From the human T2T-CHM13v2.0 reference genome, Homo sapiens, in NCBI RefSeq assembly GCF_009914755.1, contig NC_060941.1: a stretch of DNA of 64,000 nt, one strand, 5' to 3'. Every line of letters begins with the position of its first letter. Position 1 is the stretch's first letter. The notes beneath the pieces were generated by a model. The model saw nothing but the letters and a program-made list of their open reading frames with translations, was not told the origin of the DNA and did not search any database. Below are positions 58,344-64,000 of this stretch, in pieces. The position numbers and the translations under genes are program-made.

Positions 58344-58478
58344 TATAAAATATATATACACATATATACATATATACACATATAAGTATATGTATATATG
58401 TATATACTTATATGTGTATGTATATATGTATATATGTATATACTTATATGTGTATATATATGTATATACATATATATA
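58296..58478. repeat. (CA)n/(TA)n/(TATG)n compound microsatellite in the Alu tail
   Basis: Read directly. Confidence 0.93.
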
Positions 58479-58619
58479 AAAATAAAAATTTTAAAAAATT
58501 TAAAAAGAGGAAAAAAAAGTGGCCTTGGGGCTTTGTGTCCAACTGTGAGAGGAAGTGGAGAAAGCTAAGAGAGGACCTCAGGGACAGAGAAGACGCCGAT
58601 GGAGGTAGGGAGACCCGAT

Positions 58620-59080
58620 GCCCTGGTTTCTTAACAGCTGCTGTGATGAAGTACCACAGGGATTTGTTCTCACAGCCCTGGAGGCCAGAAGTCCAAGATC
58701 AAGTTGTCCGCAGGGCTATGCTCCCCCTGAAGGCTCTAGGGGAGGATCCTCCCTCGGCTCTTCCAGCTTCTGGTGGCCCTGGCACTTGGTGGCATTCCCC
58801 AGCTTCTAGACACATGACTCTAGTCTCTGCCTCCACTACCACAAGGCCGTCTTCCCTCCACGTGTCCCTGTGTGGCCACGGGGCACTGTCCTCTCCGCAT
58901 GTGTCATCCCTCCTTGTTTTATAAGGGTACCCAGTCATGTTGGACTTAGGCCCACCCTAATCCAGTACGAGCTGATCTTAACTAATTACATCTGCAAAGA
59001 TCCTACCGCCAAATAAGGTTACAGTCACAGGTCCTGGGGATTAAGACTTCCATACCTTTCTGGGGTGCATGACTTCAGCA
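58620..59080 (-). mobile_element. MLT1B/C-like MaLR LTR
   Basis: GGAGGCCAGAAGTCCAAGATCAAG...GAAGGCTCTAGGGGAGGATCC...TAATTACATCTGCAAAGA...CCAAATAAGGT. Confidence 0.88.
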
Positions 59081-59423
59081 TCGCTCCTTATTCTGGAACT
59101 TACAGGACAGGTCACTCTTGCTCTGTAGCTCTCCCTCGGAGTGACCCTGCACATCGGCTGTCTAGGAGGTGAGGCTGGAGAAGTGAGTCATGACCGCAAG
59201 GCCACCAGATCACCTCAGTACCACCTGTCTGGAGTTTTCCCTTCTTTCCCCCTTCCTGCCCCCGGTATCTCACTGCTGGGCGGCACTGGCAAGGGTTATG
59301 GTTCTTACCAAAGTAACACTCATCTGGAGCAACACTCAAAACCATCTTTAACAGAAATATTTGCTTCCAGTTAACACCGAATACAAAATCTCTATCTGTC
59401 CCTCACTGTGGATTTTTTACCTA

Positions 59424-59816
<393 letters not shown>

Positions 59817-59914
59817 TTAGACATTTTCACAACTGAGTTGACCCCATTTCCCACACGACTTTGGGGAGAGTTTTGAAGACCTTGGGGTCACAGCCAGGCA
59901 CGTCACTTAACAGC

Positions 59915-60080
59915 AGAGTGATAATTAAGAGCACAGGCTCTGGAGCTGGTCACCTGGGTTCAAATCCTAGAGGAGTCAAATTCATAGGGACAGAAAGTAC
60001 AATGGCAGCTGCCCCTCACTTGCTGTGTGCTCTTGGACACAGCCTGCTTCTGTAAAATGGGAATGATAATTTCCAGCTTT
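59915..60080 (+). mobile_element. MIR carrying a 48-bp L1-derived insert
   Basis: GGCTCTGGAG...CTGGGTTCAAATCC[insert 59966-60013]...CTGTAAAATGGGAATGATAAT. Confidence 0.75.
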
Positions 60081-60153
60081 CTTGATTGTTCCATGATTGC
60101 TAGAGGCTGGCAGAGGAAGTTTATTCGTGGGCTTCTGAATCAGATGGAAGTAA

Positions 60154-60238
60154 GTCTTGAACTCCTGGCCTCAAGTGATCCTCCTGCCTCAGCCTCCCAA
60201 GTAGCTGAGATTACAGGCATGAGCCACCATGCCTGGCT
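60154..60238 (-). mobile_element. Tailless, 3'-truncated Alu monomer
   Basis: About 85-bp reverse Alu 5' part flanked by AGA(TG/CA)GAAGTAAGTC. Confidence 0.85.
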
Positions 60239-60266
60239 AGACAGAAGTAAGTCAAATCCTGAATCT

Positions 60267-60949
<683 letters not shown>

Positions 60950-61667
60950 TCATCTCCAGTGCCCGGGAAAGCCGCAAGGAAACCACACTGCCATTTTCAG
61001 AGAGCTTGACGGGGCCCTCCCTCCCCCAAGGTCTGCTCCAGGCTAACAGAGTATACGTTGTGCAGAGATAGCTTCCTGTGCCAAGATGTCCAATCCCTGT
61101 CGCCAGGGACTTGGGTGGGGGTGGCTGGGGGCAGTGGCAGAGGAGGAAAGGGCCGCAGCATAAAAGCCCCTTGTGCTGCTCATGGAGGAGACGCTGCTGC
61201 CCAGCGGATGGGGGAGGGGCAGCACTGTCATCTTCCTTTTTGCTCTGAGAAGGTGACTTGTGTGGTTAGATGGAAGGGGCCCCCAAATGAGTCCAGGAAA
61301 CTGGGGCGCAAAAGGGAAGCAGCTCGTGTGCTTGTGTGGTCTGGAGGGGCCGACCCTTGCCGTCGACACCCCTAGCACAGAGCTGACCACGCATTGCCTG
61401 GTTCTGGGTCCCGTGCAGAGCATAAAAGAGGTGACCCAGGCTCTGCTCCCAGGGAGGACACAGGAGAGAGAAAAACACCACACAACGAAGGCTGGGGACA
61501 AGGGCTGGGCAGTACCAGGGCCAGGGCTCATGAGCATGCACAGTCCATGCTGTGATAAGATGACGAAGTCAGCCTGGGAGGGCCTCGGGGGAAAGAGGGC
61601 AAAGGATGTGAAGGCCCCTTATAAAGCACGGAGCTCTAGAAACAGGAGTAGAAGCAGTGGGAGGGCA

Positions 61668-61808
61668 GAGCAGCCAGGCACACTCACAGACCCTGCTCCT
61701 GGACCTGGGCTCCGAGTAGCCAGGCACACTCAGAGACCCTGCTCCTGGACCTGGGCCCCGAGTAGCCAGGCACACTCAGAGACCCTGCTCCTGGACCTGG
61801 GCCCCGAG
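61668..61808. repeat. 46-bp GC-rich minisatellite, 3 copies
   Basis: Unit GAGTAGCCAGGCACACTCAGAGACCCTGCTCCTGGACCTGGGCCCC with period 46. Confidence 0.95.
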
Positions 61809-61999
61809 GCTTGGATGTCAATTCCCTGCAGACAGTGGAAGCTACTTCTGAGACAGTTCTTCTCCTGGGGAGGCAGGGAGTGGGGAGTGCTTGTCCTGGA
61901 CCTGAGTGGAAGTAGAAATGGGCTGGCCATCTAGCTGTAGGATGTGTCATGGGTGTGCCAGGAAGCAAGAGCAGTAGCTTCACCATGGACAGTGCTACC

Positions 62000-62215
62000 T
62001 ACCATCCACCAGGCTCCACTCAGGGAGCTTTTCCTAGAGAAATTCAGTTCATTGGTCAGAACAATCCACTGAGGTAGATACTATTATTCTCATCTTGCAG
62101 ATTAGGAAACAGAGGCACATAAGAAAAGCAACGCATCAAGGTCGTAGACCCAGTTGATGAAAGAGCCAGGATTTGAACCCAGGGAGTCAAGCCCCAGAAT
62201 CCATGGTCTTATATA
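62000..62215 (-). mobile_element. MIR SINE
   Basis: GAGGTAGATACTATTATTCTCATCTTGCAGATTAGGAAACAGAGGCAC...CCAGGATTTGAACCCAGG. Confidence 0.8.
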
Positions 62216-62440
62216 GCATCAATAGTGCCTATTCATCCCCCGAACACATACAATGAGGTATGAGGGGGTCTGCAGTAAGTTAAACTTGATAGGAAACAAG
62301 ACCCACCCACTCCCCCAGGCTCTCCCACTTAGCTTCTCCTCCTGCCTGGCCAGGTCGCCTCATAGCCTAGAACACCCCAAAAGAGGTAGGTTCTGGGGCC
62401 AGAGACTAGACTAGGCACAGACTTGACTGCTGTCCCTCGC

Positions 62441-62441
<1 letters not shown>

Positions 62442-62472
<31 letters not shown>

Positions 62473-62754
62473 GAGACAAGGTCTTGCTCTGTTGCCCAGG
62501 CTGAAGCGCAGCAGCGCGATCTCGGCTCACTGCAACCTCTGCCTGCTGGGTTCAAGCGATTCTCCCGCCTCAGCCTCCTGAGTAGGTGGGATTACAGATG
62601 CATGCCACCATGCCCGGCTAATTTTTGTATTTTTACTAGAGACGGGGTTTCACCATGTTGGCCAGTCTGGTCTCGATCTCCTGACCTCAGGTGATCTGCC
62701 CACCTCACCCTCCCAAAGTGTTGGGATTACAGGCAAGAACCACCATGTCCGGTC
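62442..62754 (-). mobile_element. AluS inserted in a MIR (+ strand, about 62395-62930)
   Basis: Poly-T plus reverse dimer; near-TSD CTTGACTGCTG(T)CCCT; MIR core GCCTCAATTTTCTACATCTGTAAAA follows. Confidence 0.95.
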
Positions 62755-63045
62755 TTGACTGCTGCCCTTACTAGCTACGGGGCTGTGGACGAGAGGCATC
62801 TCAGTGCCTCAATTTTCTACATCTGTAAAACAGGGCTCATCTTGGGTCCATGTGTGATGATTCAAGAGAATGAAGGTAAAAGACAGCACAGGACTGGGCA
62901 CACAACAAGCACTCAGCAGAGCTCCCCTACATAACACTCATCATTACTGTGGTCCATGGACCAAGATGCAGGATGTGGCCCTGAGAAAGGCCCTTGTCAT
63001 GATGATGCTCTGTGTTTGAGAAACAGAACTTTAAAAGTTAAAATT

Positions 63046-63374
<329 letters not shown>

Positions 63375-64000
63375 TTAAAAAATTATTTTTCTCTCGGATA
63401 TTATTCTGTCCCAGGGCCCCCATTTCCATGAAGTAGCCAAAGAAAAAAAAAAAGGTCAATCCAAAGGAATTCAGTATCTTCCAGTATCAATTTCTTTTCC
63501 ATGCTAATGATTCTCTTTTGGGATAATACTTAGGAATTCAAGAATCGAGATCCCTCCTAGGGCTGTGACTTCCTTCTCTCAAAAAGACTCCCCTTCCCTC
63601 CCTGCCCTCCTCTCATTGATGGCTTCTGCACACAGGGAAAGACAACAGGGAAGCAAAAGTCAAGGGAACACATTTTAAAAATACACCGTCCAATTTCAAG
63701 AAACTAGATTTTCAACAGATGAAAACAGTAGCAGAATAAATTGCAGAGTCCAGATCATCTTGTCGCATTGCCCAATGGAGTTCAAACGGATTAGTTTGTA
63801 TCAAGAGCATAATGACAAACCAGGTATTATTATGCAAGGTTTTCATATTGTTTTACAGAATTTGAACTGGGGTGGGGTGGGGGAGGGAAAAAGTAAGGTC
63901 TTTGGAAGGTCTTTGGTCTTTCTGTTTGGAAGACAGAAAGGACTTTGTTTTATCCTGAGCTCCTGATTTCATGAACTAATTTCTGGTGGTAAATAACACT

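Noticed and set aside
61668-61808. Regular repeats resembling a CRISPR-like array (also 10919-11140)
   Set aside because: Head-to-tail tandem units with no unique spacers, in eukaryotic DNA with no cas genes
61260-61934. 224-aa ORF
   Set aside because: GTG start in GC-rich DNA, crosses a 46-bp repeat that shifts frame with each unit, no recognisable homology

Overview
Primate, very probably human, non-coding genomic DNA that is intergenic or deep-intronic. I cannot name the locus from sequence alone. No protein-coding gene, tRNA, rRNA or CpG island is recognisable. The long ORFs are artefacts of Alu, L1 ORF2 remnants, LTRs, or GA-rich and TA/CA-rich repeats. Roughly half the window is interspersed repeat: about 36 Alu copies or fragments, old L1M/L2/MIR pieces, solo LTRs (THE1, MLT1/MST, MLT2, MER68, one ERV1-class LTR) and DNA-transposon fossils (MER20, MER58, MER1A in Tigger2, MER30, MER5, MER3, MADE1). 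The only RNA-gene-derived feature is a 3'-truncated, tailless 7SK retropseudogene (4941-5180, minus strand). The most notable observations are a compact ETS/CRE/YY1 promoter-like cassette (18559-18589), a strong CTCF-like motif (about 2260), two very recent tandem duplications (127 bp at 26353; 140 bp inside an Alu at 43021), a fold-back inverted duplication around a minisatellite inside an Alu, an apparent templated L1 insertion in a MIR, a 572-bp pure-purine tract and a 46-bp VNTR. I found no evidence for a previously undescribed biological system. Repeat family names come from recalled consensus sequences. Boundaries are approximate unless a target-site duplication (TSD) is quoted.
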